A stretch of DNA of 64,000 nt, from IMG/VR virus record IMGVR_UViG_3300024346_000052. One strand, given 5' to 3'. Positions within the stretch are counted from its first letter, which is position 1; every line of letters starts with the position of its first letter. Positions 48,849-58,672 of the stretch are shown piece after piece. The translations under genes were made by a program, and so were the position numbers. The notes under the pieces were generated by a model, which saw nothing but the letters and a program-made list of their open reading frames with translations, did not search any database and was not told the DNA's origin. The stretch is from an uncultured virus (IMG/VR IMGVR_UViG_3300024346_000052). Taxonomy: Duplodnaviria > Heunggongvirae > Uroviricota > Caudoviricetes > Crassvirales.

Positions 48849-49403
48849 TTAATATAGTGCTATTACGTCTGTAACGTCTGTTGCAGTAGCAGTTCCAGTA
48901 GCGTCCGTTGCAGTTCTAAGAACATCAACTGCTAATATAGGCAAAAAGCTTCCAGCTGTTACACCTTTAAAAGTTACCACATCACCGCTTTCCATTTTTA
49001 CACATATAGTACCAGTAGTTCCAGCGCCTCCCACAAAAAGACAAGCTCCTCTTTGGTCTGTACCAGGTAAACCTAGTTCTCTTACAATAATACTTGTAGT
49101 TCCAGTTCCAGAAGATGGAGTAAAAGATATTACCGAACCAACCTGACACCCAGTGCCTGGATTTACTATTCTAATAGCTCCAATTTTACCACTTGGTTTT
49201 AAACTAATTATTTGTATTTTTACTTTTAGTGATGAGTCTTGAACTACTTCATTTAAAGTGTAACCAGTAGCGTTGTCACTGCTTATTTCTAATTTTTTAG
49301 CAAAACCAAAAGTAGATCCAGTACTAACTGACATATTTAATGGTACAGCATCGTGAGCAAATACTCTTGGTTGAGCCGCTTCATTTCCGTTTAATCCGTT
49401 CAT
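48849..49403 (-). CDS. Putative structural protein
   Basis: GACLFVGG.G...VTFKGV.AGSFLPI...V..T C-terminal motif. Confidence 0.55.
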   Translation of the reverse strand: MNGLNGNEAAQPRVFAHDAVPLNMSVSTGSTFGFAKKLEISSDNATGYTLNEVVQDSSLKVKIQIISLKPSGKIGAIRIVNPGTGCQVGSVISFTPSSGTGTTSIIVRELGLPGTDQRGACLFVGGAGTTGTICVKMESGDVVTFKGVTAGSFLPILAVDVLRTATDATGTATATDVTDVIALY

Positions 49404-49404
49404 T

Positions 49405-49851
49405 TTATTTATTTATTTTTGTTATTTTTTCAGCACCACGACTACCGAAGTATGCTACGTAAACTGTTATTAATAATGTTTTTAAAAGCTCTATCCAAGC
49501 TTCATCAACATCAAATTGTAAGTGAAAAGAATCTACAGCCATCATAAATACTGCAGAAGCTGTTAAAAATATAAGAGCTAGCGGCCTTGTATTTTTAGAA
49601 AGCCAAGAATCGCTTTTCATATCGCTTTTCCACCTGCTAGAAACTTCTTTCATTTCAGCCACATCTTGTTCTATTAACTTCATTGCCATTTCTTTATCAG
49701 CGGCTTTAATCTTATTATCACTTGATATAAGATTTTTTACTACTCCAAGCGTTCCTTGGTTGGGTAGAACGTCTCCTAAAGCCTGCAGTACCTTAGGCGC
49801 TTTGTTGGCTAAAAAAGCCCCTATTTTAGTTTCGTTAAATTTTTTTTTCAT
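49405..49851 (-). CDS. Holin-like membrane protein
   Basis: DSWLSKNTRPL, two TM segments, YFGSRGAEK. Confidence 0.6.
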   Translation of the reverse strand: MKKKFNETKIGAFLANKAPKVLQALGDVLPNQGTLGVVKNLISSDNKIKAADKEMAMKLIEQDVAEMKEVSSRWKSDMKSDSWLSKNTRPLALIFLTASAVFMMAVDSFHLQFDVDEAWIELLKTLLITVYVAYFGSRGAEKITKINK

Positions 49852-49866
49852 AATACATTAAATAAA

Positions 49867-51285
49867 TTAACCAACCCTATCTGAGTTAGATCTATAAGCC
49901 TTGTTGCCCACCCTAAATGTACTTGAACCATCTGTTGGAGCATCGTTTTGATAAAAACGACCACGAAAATTATTCATTGCGTTGCTGCCTTTACCATACC
50001 AGCTTTCCATATTTGGATCATAACCTATACCAGTTCCTTCTGATGAAGGAGTACTATTTCTAGAGCCACCCCATTTATTATTAAAATCATTATTCTCCTG
50101 ACTATTTTTCCATTGATCTTCAAACATCCTGTTTCTAGTGTTTGTTATTTCTGACCTACTTTTACTACTAAATTGAGCATCGCTAGGATTAAAAAACTTA
50201 GAAAATTCTCCAGTTGTAGGGTCTACTTGAGAGTATTGATAGCCTGCTACAGGGTTTTTATCGTCTTGGCTTTGCCATTGAACTTGGTATTGCGATCCTG
50301 AATCAGTAGTGAACTGTCTCATATTAGGATTACCTGGCACTTGTGCTAAGTCATTAAAATAATCATAAGAAGTAGCAGCAACATCTCTTTGTTCTTGGTA
50401 ATTAGCTACGTCTTTATTTAAATCTCTTTTAAAATCAAAAATATTTTTATAACCACCTACATTAGGACCATAGTCTTTTTCATATTGTTTCCATAGTGCA
50501 TCACCAACTTGCGATAAATTAGTTTGGCCTTGAATATTTCTTGTTTTATTATTATTTAAATAATTTTCTGTTTGCACATTGCCACCCCTAAGTTGTCCCG
50601 ATATTATATTACCAGTACTAGCAACATTGTAAGTTCTTTTGCCCGTAGTATTATCATAAGTAAAATCAGAAGATGACATGCTACGTCTTGGCGGCGGAGT
50701 TACTGTAGCTGTTGGAAGTACAGTGCTTGCTTTTGAAGCATTTTTATTTACTGTAGCTTGTATCTTTGGCACTTGAGTTTCTTGCTTTTCTAATTCTGGT
50801 TTATTTGATGGAAGAGTTGACGATGGTTTTTTGCTTGTTGTTTTTTTAGATTTTGTAGGAGTTATATTTTTTATTTTATCTATTAAATTAGGTCCTTTTG
50901 TATATTTTCTTTTAGAAAAGCTTTTATTTTTATTTTTTTTCGATTTTGGTTTTTTACCATAGTCTGTTTTATTCAATGGACTATCACCTGCTTTTTTATA
51001 AGCTTCTTTTTCCCATGGTAAGTTTTTAGCTCCCTCGTTCATTTTGGCTCTGGAATATTCTTTTCCTTTCCAAATAACTTTATTGTCATTATAATCTAAA
51101 TCACCTCTTTGCATTTGATCAATATGCACAGACTCATGTTTAACTATGTCTTTAATTTGCTTTGGATCAACAACGTCTTTATTTATATGTATAGTACCAT
51201 CTTTATTGGCTTTACCTAAAACACCATCTTCCATATCGACTTTAACAATCGGAGAATTAAAAGGATTTCTTTTTTGTTTATACAT
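49867..51285 (-). CDS. Zincin metallopeptidase domain plus low-complexity extension
   Basis: LGKANKDGTIHIN...KHESVH..Q...LPWEKEAY. Confidence 0.65.
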   Translation of the reverse strand: MYKQKRNPFNSPIVKVDMEDGVLGKANKDGTIHINKDVVDPKQIKDIVKHESVHIDQMQRGDLDYNDNKVIWKGKEYSRAKMNEGAKNLPWEKEAYKKAGDSPLNKTDYGKKPKSKKNKNKSFSKRKYTKGPNLIDKIKNITPTKSKKTTSKKPSSTLPSNKPELEKQETQVPKIQATVNKNASKASTVLPTATVTPPPRRSMSSSDFTYDNTTGKRTYNVASTGNIISGQLRGGNVQTENYLNNNKTRNIQGQTNLSQVGDALWKQYEKDYGPNVGGYKNIFDFKRDLNKDVANYQEQRDVAATSYDYFNDLAQVPGNPNMRQFTTDSGSQYQVQWQSQDDKNPVAGYQYSQVDPTTGEFSKFFNPSDAQFSSKSRSEITNTRNRMFEDQWKNSQENNDFNNKWGGSRNSTPSSEGTGIGYDPNMESWYGKGSNAMNNFRGRFYQNDAPTDGSSTFRVGNKAYRSNSDRVG

Positions 51286-51454
51286 TTTTATAAGGAAATT
51301 TTTTATTTAATTTTTCTCGTCTACCCGCACAGCCACAGTCCTTGCCTGTAACTTCACTAACTTTATCAACAACAGCTTTTATTCCAGTTGAAGTTGTAAA
51401 ATTATGGATACTATCTCCAAGACCTTTAGATTTTATATTAAAATTAAAACTCAT
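51278..51454 (-). CDS. 58-aa protein (not in ORF track)
   Basis: SKGLGDSI...TGIK...DCGC..RREKLN..FPY; coupled at both ends. Confidence 0.65.
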   Translation of the reverse strand: MSFNFNIKSKGLGDSIHNFTTSTGIKAVVDKVSEVTGKDCGCAGRREKLNKKFPYKNV

Positions 51455-51810
51455 TATTTACGTTTTTTTGATTTTAGCGCTAAAACTTGTTTAGCTAATT
51501 CATCTAGTTTACCGTCGGTCTTTGTGCCATCTTTTACAAGTGTAGAAAGCACTTTAATTTCTTCAGATAATATATCATTCATTTGCTCCATCATATCAAC
51601 TCTTTCTTTTAGATCTTCTATATTAGCATGATTCCATTTCTCTTTTAAGTCATACTCTAATCTCTTAACCTCTGTAGGTGGCATTCTTTTAGCTAAATCA
51701 ATATCTTCTTGTAATGTATAGTACATACCAACTAAAGTTGTTGTTAACATTATTATACCTATTACTGTTTTTATATCAATTTTGAATTCTGTGTTTTCAG
51801 ATATTTTCAT
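51454..51810 (-). CDS. Membrane-anchored coiled-coil protein (possible spanin-like)
   Basis: Start re-assigned to MKISEN; one TM segment then coiled coil, downstream of the endolysin. Confidence 0.5.
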   Translation of the reverse strand: MKISENTEFKIDIKTVIGIIMLTTTLVGMYYTLQEDIDLAKRMPPTEVKRLEYDLKEKWNHANIEDLKERVDMMEQMNDILSEEIKVLSTLVKDGTKTDGKLDELAKQVLALKSKKRK

Positions 51811-52210
51811 ACTCTCCTGTTGCATCAAATGACGGGCATGCCTTGTTAGCAAACTCGTTGTGTGAATAAATAACTGCCTCTGGGTACATTGCTTTAAGTG
51901 TTTTAAGCACATGTAAGAGACTATCTTTCTGTTTTTGTGTTCTAGTATCCTTCGGAGTCTTACCATCTGCTTCAACGCCTCCGCAATAACATAATCCTAT
52001 GCTATTTCTATTATGTGATTTGCAATGAGCTCCGATTCGGTCTATATCTCTACCTTTTTTAATAGTTCCATCTAACTCGATGTAGAAATGATAGCCAATG
52101 TCGCTCCAACCCCTAGAATTTATATGCCAGTCTTTAATTGTTTCAACTGGTATATCTTGTCCTTCTCTAGTAGCAGAGCAATGTATTATAATTTCTTTTA
52201 CTAATCTCAT
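51797..52210 (-). CDS. Endolysin, N-acetylmuramoyl-L-alanine amidase (T7 lysozyme-like)
   Basis: IIIHCSAT, GWSDIGYHF, GAHC, SIGLCY.GG, HNEF..KACPSF. Confidence 0.92.
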   Translation of the reverse strand: MRLVKEIIIHCSATREGQDIPVETIKDWHINSRGWSDIGYHFYIELDGTIKKGRDIDRIGAHCKSHNRNSIGLCYCGGVEADGKTPKDTRTQKQKDSLLHVLKTLKAMYPEAVIYSHNEFANKACPSFDATGEYENI

Positions 52211-52362
52211 TTTTTCTTATGTAATAGTAACCACTTGTGTACAGTGTACCCTATGGTTAAAGTTAACAATAAAATCTCTAACATTGGCTCCACCCAGTTT
52301 AATGTGGCTAAAGCAAATGAAGATGCATTTAATAAATACAACTTCAAATCTTCCATATCCAT
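52207..52362 (-). CDS. Small membrane protein, holin candidate (51 aa; not in ORF track)
   Basis: Two hydrophobic stretches, basic KKK C-terminus, ATGA overlap with the endolysin. Confidence 0.55.
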   Translation of the reverse strand: MDMEDLKLYLLNASSFALATLNWVEPMLEILLLTLTIGYTVHKWLLLHKKK

Positions 52363-52532
52363 TATCTATTTGCGTTTAACACTGCGTTTCCTTTATAAGG
52401 TATGTTATCTATTCTTCTTAACGTTGGCGTTATCATAGCGTTATTTGATTTCATAACTCTAGTTCCTAAATGACCACATCCACATTCTAATTTTACTCCT
52501 GCAGGTTTTTGTGTTTCTCCGTAACTTGGCAT
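52362..52532 (-). CDS. Hypothetical 56-aa protein (not in ORF track)
   Basis: Hand-translated; fills the gap exactly. Confidence 0.55.
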   Translation of the reverse strand: MPSYGETQKPAGVKLECGCGHLGTRVMKSNNAMITPTLRRIDNIPYKGNAVLNANR

Positions 52533-52537
52533 AATTT

Positions 52538-53914
52538 TTATTTTTTAAATTTACTTAAAGTTTTAGCTAAATTAGCTCTTTGTTGTGTTTTTTTACCGTA
52601 CTCTCCATCAGCAGCGGCATTTAATTTACTTTTTGGTATTTTCTCTCCTTCTGCAACACCTAAATCTTTTCTAAGTTGACCTGGTTTTTTAATAGCTCCC
52701 TTTATCCAGTTTTTTTTTAATGGAGTTTTAGCTCTATCTACTCTATCACCCATCCTATTAGCATAATCTTTATTAGAAATTCTATTTTTATTGTAGGTTG
52801 TGCTAGGAACCATATTAGGAGTTCCATCGGCTTTAGTTCCAATATTTTCCATAGTAGTTTTGCCAGGTCTCATTTCGTAACTAACAGTATCTTTTTTATC
52901 AAGACTTATAGACTGAGCTAGTGGGTATGCAGATTTTGCTGGCCTATATTTTTCCCCTGATTTTTGTTTTTTAGGTGGATCTATATGCATATTATTAAAT
53001 GGTGATTTCTCAGCTCCACCCATAGCATCCATATTAGGATTCATCGGGTCTGATGGAGGATTAGGTTGCCCCATAGAGCTTGCTATATTAGAGAACATTT
53101 GCTCATTTTGAGATTGTGAAGCTGGCACTTTAGACGGATCCTGGTAATTGTTAGGATCATTTATAAGTACATTGGAATTAACAGGTCTTCCCGCTCTGTT
53201 TGGCTGAGCTGGAGTTTGCATAGGATCTTGCATGCCATCCGCATTGCCCTGAACGCCTGTAGTGTTTGGATTTAAATAATTCATAGGTGATTTTTCTTTA
53301 CGATATTGTTTTCTTGCTTTTTTTGTTTCTAAATTAGCTTGTTTTTGTGAAATTCCTTTTTCTTTTGTAAAGCTAAAAGTTGGAATATTACTTTCTTTTT
53401 TCGGGAACCATCCGCCATCTGGTGCACCTTTGTTATCAAAATAATCACGTGAGTTAGTTTTATTTACTGCACCTGGCTTATTAATTGTTAGTTTTTCAGG
53501 ACCATCTTGTCTTGATCTTCTTATATTGTCTTTTTTCTCATTAAACTTTTCTTTAGCACCCGACTTCATTGCTTTTCTTTCTTTTTTGGCTTGCCTAAAC
53601 TGATCAATAGGATTTTTGCCAAAGTCTTGTTCAAAAGAATTACCCACGTTAATAGGCTTTCTAGTATTCATAGGTTTAATACCACCACCTTTATTTGTGA
53701 CAGTTCCATCTAAGTCATTAATGTTTGAAGGTATATTTCCAGGTATTGATCCAGTTGGATCTTGCTGTGAAGTATTTGGCTGTATATTGTTGTTAGAGGT
53801 TATTTGCTGCTGACTACCATCTGGTAATATATTAACCCTGGTATTTAAGTTAGCGAATACATCTTGAGTTCTTGACTTTATTTTTTTAGGGCTTTCGTAA
53901 TCATTTTCTGCCAT
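52538..53914 (-). CDS. Low-complexity modular protein with SP-hydrophobic motifs
   Basis: KSPMN, KSPFN, KTPLK; C-terminal NWIKGAIKKPG module. Confidence 0.65.
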   Translation of the reverse strand: MAENDYESPKKIKSRTQDVFANLNTRVNILPDGSQQQITSNNNIQPNTSQQDPTGSIPGNIPSNINDLDGTVTNKGGGIKPMNTRKPINVGNSFEQDFGKNPIDQFRQAKKERKAMKSGAKEKFNEKKDNIRRSRQDGPEKLTINKPGAVNKTNSRDYFDNKGAPDGGWFPKKESNIPTFSFTKEKGISQKQANLETKKARKQYRKEKSPMNYLNPNTTGVQGNADGMQDPMQTPAQPNRAGRPVNSNVLINDPNNYQDPSKVPASQSQNEQMFSNIASSMGQPNPPSDPMNPNMDAMGGAEKSPFNNMHIDPPKKQKSGEKYRPAKSAYPLAQSISLDKKDTVSYEMRPGKTTMENIGTKADGTPNMVPSTTYNKNRISNKDYANRMGDRVDRAKTPLKKNWIKGAIKKPGQLRKDLGVAEGEKIPKSKLNAAADGEYGKKTQQRANLAKTLSKFKK

Positions 53915-54351
53915 TACTTGTCTTTTTTAAAATTAATTATTGCTTTTTTTAATACTTTATCAGAATAACAACCACCTTTCATTATTTTGTTTGAAATTGG
54001 TGACAAAGGTATTTCATCCTCACCCATCATTATTCTATATATTTTAGCAATGAGTTGTTTGCATTTAAAAGAAGCTTTATATAAATGGTATTTTTGAGTT
54101 GTATGATTTCTTTTTCTCCAAACAATTATCCAGTTTTCTTTTAACAGTCTGTTCCATCTTCTGTTGTCCCAGCTGTAATAATAAGAGCCCTGTTTAAAAT
54201 CTTGCTTACTAAACATACCGATACTATCTAAGTATATCAACAACTCTAAGTCAGCATCGGTTATATTATTGTTTTTACAAGCCCATTTTCTTATTACCCT
54301 GTAATGCTTTAATATATTTAACTCTCTTATCTCTTTAGAAGTTATTCTCAT
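53914..54351 (-). CDS. Hypothetical protein, possible winged helix
   Basis: ITDADLELLIYLD pattern; coupled to groES. Confidence 0.5.
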   Translation of the reverse strand: MRITSKEIRELNILKHYRVIRKWACKNNNITDADLELLIYLDSIGMFSKQDFKQGSYYYSWDNRRWNRLLKENWIIVWRKRNHTTQKYHLYKASFKCKQLIAKIYRIMMGEDEIPLSPISNKIMKGGCYSDKVLKKAIINFKKDK

Positions 54352-54608
54352 AAAACTATAACAACATCTTGCTCTTTTATTATTTTAAAAGAATCTCCGT
54401 CTATGTCAACAGAAAAACCAGCATGCCTATCGTAAAATATAATATCTTTATTTTTAATAAAATTAACTTCTTCTCCTTTTATTAAAACTTCAGCTTTTTT
54501 ATATCTTATATCTTCTCTAGATTTATCAGACAATATTAAACCACCTTTTGTTTCAGTGGTTTTGTTTTTTGTTTCTTTTATTACTATATATTTACCTACT
54601 GCTTTCAT
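54348..54608 (-). CDS. groES: Co-chaperonin GroES
   Basis: TETKGGLIL mobile loop, IIKEQDVVIVL. Confidence 0.85.
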   Translation of the reverse strand: MKAVGKYIVIKETKNKTTETKGGLILSDKSREDIRYKKAEVLIKGEEVNFIKNKDIIFYDRHAGFSVDIDGDSFKIIKEQDVVIVL

Positions 54609-56143
54609 GCTCTTAAGTTATTAATTACACAATCAGTTGATAATATAGTAGATGCTACTGAAGCCGCATTTTTAAGAGCACTTTTAGTTACTAGTAAAGG
54701 ATCTATTATTCCGGACTTTACCATACTTACCGTTTTACCTGTAACCACATTTAATCCTTCACCTTCAACATTAGAGTTGGTATAATCAGTAATACCAGCG
54801 TTATTCAATATAGTATTATATGGTGATTTAATAGCGTTAAACAATATTTCTTCTGACGAGTTGTCAGCATTAATATTAGTTGCAGCGTTAAGCAACGCTA
54901 TGCCACCCCCTGGCACTATACCTTCTTTTATTGCGGCTTTTGTAGCACAAATAGCATCTTCTACTCTATCTTTTTTTTCTTTAAGTTCTATTTCAGAATT
55001 TGCTCCAACTTTTATTACTGCAACTTTAGCTAATAACCTAGCAATTCTTCTTTCAATCTTTTCTTTAACCAAAGAGTTTTTTTCTTTAATTATTTTTTTT
55101 CTTAAAAAATTAATTAAATCATTAACTTCGTTTGGCATTTCATCTACCTGTATTAAAGTTTCTGAAATACTACTTATTGTTTTTTTGCAAGAACCCAATA
55201 GGCTTAAATCTATCAAATCCATATCATCGCCTAAGTCTTCATTTACAACAGTAGCTCCTGTTATTAAGGATAAGTCTTCAAGCATTTCTTTTCTATTAAT
55301 ACCGTAAACTGGAGAATTTATTACGTTTACCTTTATATTGCCTTTAACTTTATTCATTGCTAAAGCGCTTGTAACTTGAGGATCTAATTCTCCTATTATT
55401 AATAAAGATTTTTTTTCAGAAATAATATACTCTAATACGTTTTGTATTTTTCTTATATTATCTATTTTACTATCTAATATTAAAATTAATGGTTTGTGCA
55501 GCTCACAAGTTTTATCTTCTTTGTTTGTAATGAAATGATCTAAAACACAACCTTGTTCATATTGAACCCCCTCTATTCTTTCTACTTCCGTTATTGGACT
55601 TTCGTGTGTTTCCATTAATACAACCCCCGTATTATCTACACTTTTAAAAGCCTCACTTATTAATAGTCCTAAATCATTATCATTATTGGCTGAAATTGTA
55701 GCTACTTGTTTAATTTTATCTTCAACAACTGGTGTTGAGATTTTTTCAAGATATTGCACTACTTTTTCTACAGCCGTATTTATTCCTTCTTTTAGTTCCC
55801 TAGAGGTTATATCCCTGCTTTTATTAGCTTCCATTAATATAGCATGTGCTATTACAGTAGCTGTTGTTGTTCCGTCTCCTGCTTCTTTAACTGTTTTTCT
55901 AGCCGCTTCTTTTATTAATTTAGCTCCCATGTTTTCAACGGGATCTAGTAGAACTATAGAATTAGCAACAGTAACACCATCTTTTGTTATTATAGGATTT
56001 CCACTGTTGTCTTCCATTATCACACACTTACCACTAGCTCCAAGAGTGGAGCTAACGGCTTGTGTTAATTTATTTATTCCATTGAATATTTTATTTCTAG
56101 CATCTTCACCGAAGTTTAAATGCTTTACAATTGTATCACTCAT
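54605..56143 (-). CDS. groEL: Chaperonin GroEL
   Basis: ITKDGVTVA, AGDGTTTATV, GIVPGGG, GIIDP; no GGM tail. Confidence 0.95.
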   Translation of the reverse strand: MSDTIVKHLNFGEDARNKIFNGINKLTQAVSSTLGASGKCVIMEDNSGNPIITKDGVTVANSIVLLDPVENMGAKLIKEAARKTVKEAGDGTTTATVIAHAILMEANKSRDITSRELKEGINTAVEKVVQYLEKISTPVVEDKIKQVATISANNDNDLGLLISEAFKSVDNTGVVLMETHESPITEVERIEGVQYEQGCVLDHFITNKEDKTCELHKPLILILDSKIDNIRKIQNVLEYIISEKKSLLIIGELDPQVTSALAMNKVKGNIKVNVINSPVYGINRKEMLEDLSLITGATVVNEDLGDDMDLIDLSLLGSCKKTISSISETLIQVDEMPNEVNDLINFLRKKIIKEKNSLVKEKIERRIARLLAKVAVIKVGANSEIELKEKKDRVEDAICATKAAIKEGIVPGGGIALLNAATNINADNSSEEILFNAIKSPYNTILNNAGITDYTNSNVEGEGLNVVTGKTVSMVKSGIIDPLLVTKSALKNAASVASTILSTDCVINNLRA

Positions 56144-56177
56144 TTTATTAAATTAAATATAATTTGTTTTTTGAATA

Positions 56178-56471
56178 TTACTCGAAGGTTTTAATTACTT
56201 TCGGTCCATTGGTAAACTCTAGCTTTTTAGCATAATGTTCAATAGAACTATCTATTGCTTGCTCTGCTCCACCTATAGTTTCTCTTCTGGTAACATCAAT
56301 CCATATTTCAGGATCATCGATATCTCTATATTCGGTCTGTAAGAATCCATTAGGTAATTGAACTATTCTCCAGTTTTTTTTCTGTGAAATGTGTTTCCAT
56401 ACTTTTATGGTATCTTCTGTTGGTTGTGGTGCACTAGACCACGTATTAGTGCGGGTATATAAAAACGTCAT
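56178..56471 (-). CDS. Hypothetical protein
   Basis: ORF track. Confidence 0.65.
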   Translation of the reverse strand: MTFLYTRTNTWSSAPQPTEDTIKVWKHISQKKNWRIVQLPNGFLQTEYRDIDDPEIWIDVTRRETIGGAEQAIDSSIEHYAKKLEFTNGPKVIKTFE

Positions 56472-56505
56472 TGTATTTGGTTTTAAGTTAAACGTTGGTT
56501 ATTTA

Positions 56506-56534
56506 TATTATCACTTGATAATTCGGTTAATTCT
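56506..56534 (-). promoter_or_regulatory. Class B promoter-like motif upstream of the chaperonin operon
   Basis: AGAAT-N15-GTGATAATA. Confidence 0.5.
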
Positions 56535-56536
56535 AT

Positions 56537-57622
56537 TTATGGTTCTACTGCAGGAGTTATATCCACCCAGGTATGTGTGTCTTCTCCAAGTATTACTCCT
56601 TGAAAGTTTTTTGACGAAGAGTTGTATCTAATCATACCTAAAGTTTCTGAATCTGCGGCTGGCCTTTGGCTTAAAGTTCCTCCAGGTATAATTATACCAT
56701 TAGTAGAATCTGTTGAAGATTTAAAAGCACTAGATGTTTGACTATCGTCTTGCATAAAAACACTGTACCTTGCTAGACTAGCATTACCACTTCCGCCCTT
56801 ATTAACATCCAAAACTCCTGTAATTGAACTTGCACCTACATCTACAGCTAATTCATTAGATGCGCCTGAATATATTATACCACCGTTAGCTAAGTTATCT
56901 GTTTGAATAGTTCCTGATCCTATTTGAACACCACTACCAGCTATTAAAGAAGATGTAGAAGTTATAGTTATTTCGGCTGAGCTAGTTGCGGTTAGCGTAA
57001 TCCCTGTTCCTCCTGTTAATTTCACCGAGGAGTCTGTCCCAGTCGATGCATCTAAGTTTAAAGGCACAGAGTCATCGATTTTAGATCCTGCTTGTATAGT
57101 ATATGTGTCGCCAGGAGTTGGTGTGATCCACTCTACTTGTCCACCGCTTGCACTAGCTGACAACAGTTGGTTAGCGCTTCCAAATTCGCCATTTGAATCG
57201 TGAATCTTGTTAGAATAAAGTGCATCTACTTGTAAGTAAGCATTCTGAGTTATAATAACACTTGGTGCGTTTATGTCTTGTTTGACAAGAGACGATGATA
57301 AAACTCCAGAAGTGTTACTCCACAACGGTAAAAAATTTGATTCTGGACCATTAATTGTTGGTACTGCTATAGTATCGAAAGTTATCGAATTTGCTCCCGC
57401 ATTAAAGTCTATATCTATTGTATTACTGCCACTTAGCTTTATGTCTCCAGTTTGTCCGTTTTGCCCGTTTATATCTGTTATTTTATCCACAACGTCTATA
57501 ACTGTTTTTATACCACTTACTGATATAGATTTAGTCGGCTTACCATTAGCCGAAACATCTGAAACAACCATAACGTCTGACATGCTAGCTTCTGTTACTG
57601 GGTAAGAATATATTATTGCCAT
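56537..57622 (-). CDS. Fibre/spike-like virion protein (MAIIYSYP N-terminus)
   Basis: Ser/Thr/Gly-rich; N-terminus shared with the upstream gene. Confidence 0.6.
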   Translation of the reverse strand: MAIIYSYPVTEASMSDVMVVSDVSANGKPTKSISVSGIKTVIDVVDKITDINGQNGQTGDIKLSGSNTIDIDFNAGANSITFDTIAVPTINGPESNFLPLWSNTSGVLSSSLVKQDINAPSVIITQNAYLQVDALYSNKIHDSNGEFGSANQLLSASASGGQVEWITPTPGDTYTIQAGSKIDDSVPLNLDASTGTDSSVKLTGGTGITLTATSSAEITITSTSSLIAGSGVQIGSGTIQTDNLANGGIIYSGASNELAVDVGASSITGVLDVNKGGSGNASLARYSVFMQDDSQTSSAFKSSTDSTNGIIIPGGTLSQRPAADSETLGMIRYNSSSKNFQGVILGEDTHTWVDITPAVEP

Positions 57623-57638
57623 TTTGTTTTTTTTTAAA

Positions 57639-58661
57639 TTAAATTGCTTGTGATTTTAAACATACCCAATTATTTCCATCATAAATTAAAATACCTGAAC
57701 AACCATTTCCAACTTCATCAACGTCAAATATCATCTCTCCTGCTGTTGGTGAGCTAATTTCAGAATTTCCTAAATTTGGCATTACTATACCATTTGTAAC
57801 TTTACTAGAGTTAGAGTCATTTGCGCTAGAACCACCTCCAACACCAACTAAAACACCACCAGCGTTAAGTGAACTTCCGTTGTAAATACTAGGAGCTGCC
57901 CAATTAGCTCCTGTAGAAGAACTACTATTAGAAGTTAATACTAAACCGTTTTGGCCAGCAGTAGTTCCACCCATAAGAGCAGTAGTTAGCGATACAGCTA
58001 TTTGGTTACTAGCATCAAAACCTAATCCCACTCCTAAATCAGCGCTTATTGTATCAGGAACTGTTGCGGTGTTAAATTCAATACCATTACCAGCTTGATA
58101 AGAGCTACCACCGCTGCCTGAAGAATTTATAGTTATAGTTCCAGCAGCATTGTTAGCGGTTAAAGATGTGCTACCGCTAGGTATTAAAGTTATTGTTTGC
58201 ACCGTAGAACTACTATCTGTTAAGTCTAAGTCTACGCTTGTAGACGTCGATGCATTTTGTTTTGTAGATATTGTATAAGTACTTCCACCGCCTGACGCAG
58301 TGCCAAAATCATAGCCTGTTTTTGAAGCGTTAACCTTTAATATATCACCTACGTTAGCAGCGGCAAGATCAGTTGTGTCTTTTCCAGTTCCACCGCCAAC
58401 TCCTGATACAGTTCCACCTACTACTATAGTACCAATGCCAACAGAAGGATCAGCACTACCCGCTGTTTGGGTTGGTGTTAATCCTATGCTGTCATTAAAT
58501 AGTATTCTATCGACATTACCGCCAGGTGTAGACGCTTTTAAATTTGCAACTTGTTGTAATTTAATGGTTCTAACAGCAAAAGAATCGCCAGGCACTGTTA
58601 CTAACAGTTCTTCTGCGCCTGTTATTACACCCTCGCTTGGATATGAATATATTATTGCCAT
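57639..58661 (-). CDS. Fibre/spike-like virion protein (MAIIYSYP N-terminus)
   Basis: Ser/Thr/Gly-rich; YQAGNGI and GEMIFD...YDGNNW fibre-type motifs. Confidence 0.6.
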   Translation of the reverse strand: MAIIYSYPSEGVITGAEELLVTVPGDSFAVRTIKLQQVANLKASTPGGNVDRILFNDSIGLTPTQTAGSADPSVGIGTIVVGGTVSGVGGGTGKDTTDLAAANVGDILKVNASKTGYDFGTASGGGSTYTISTKQNASTSTSVDLDLTDSSSTVQTITLIPSGSTSLTANNAAGTITINSSGSGGSSYQAGNGIEFNTATVPDTISADLGVGLGFDASNQIAVSLTTALMGGTTAGQNGLVLTSNSSSSTGANWAAPSIYNGSSLNAGGVLVGVGGGSSANDSNSSKVTNGIVMPNLGNSEISSPTAGEMIFDVDEVGNGCSGILIYDGNNWVCLKSQAI

Positions 58662-58672
58662 TTTTATTTAAT

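Noticed and set aside
52354..52362. Met-Asp-Met dual start as holin/antiholin control
   Set aside because: The lambda-type dual start uses a basic residue between the Mets, and the holin call itself is tentative
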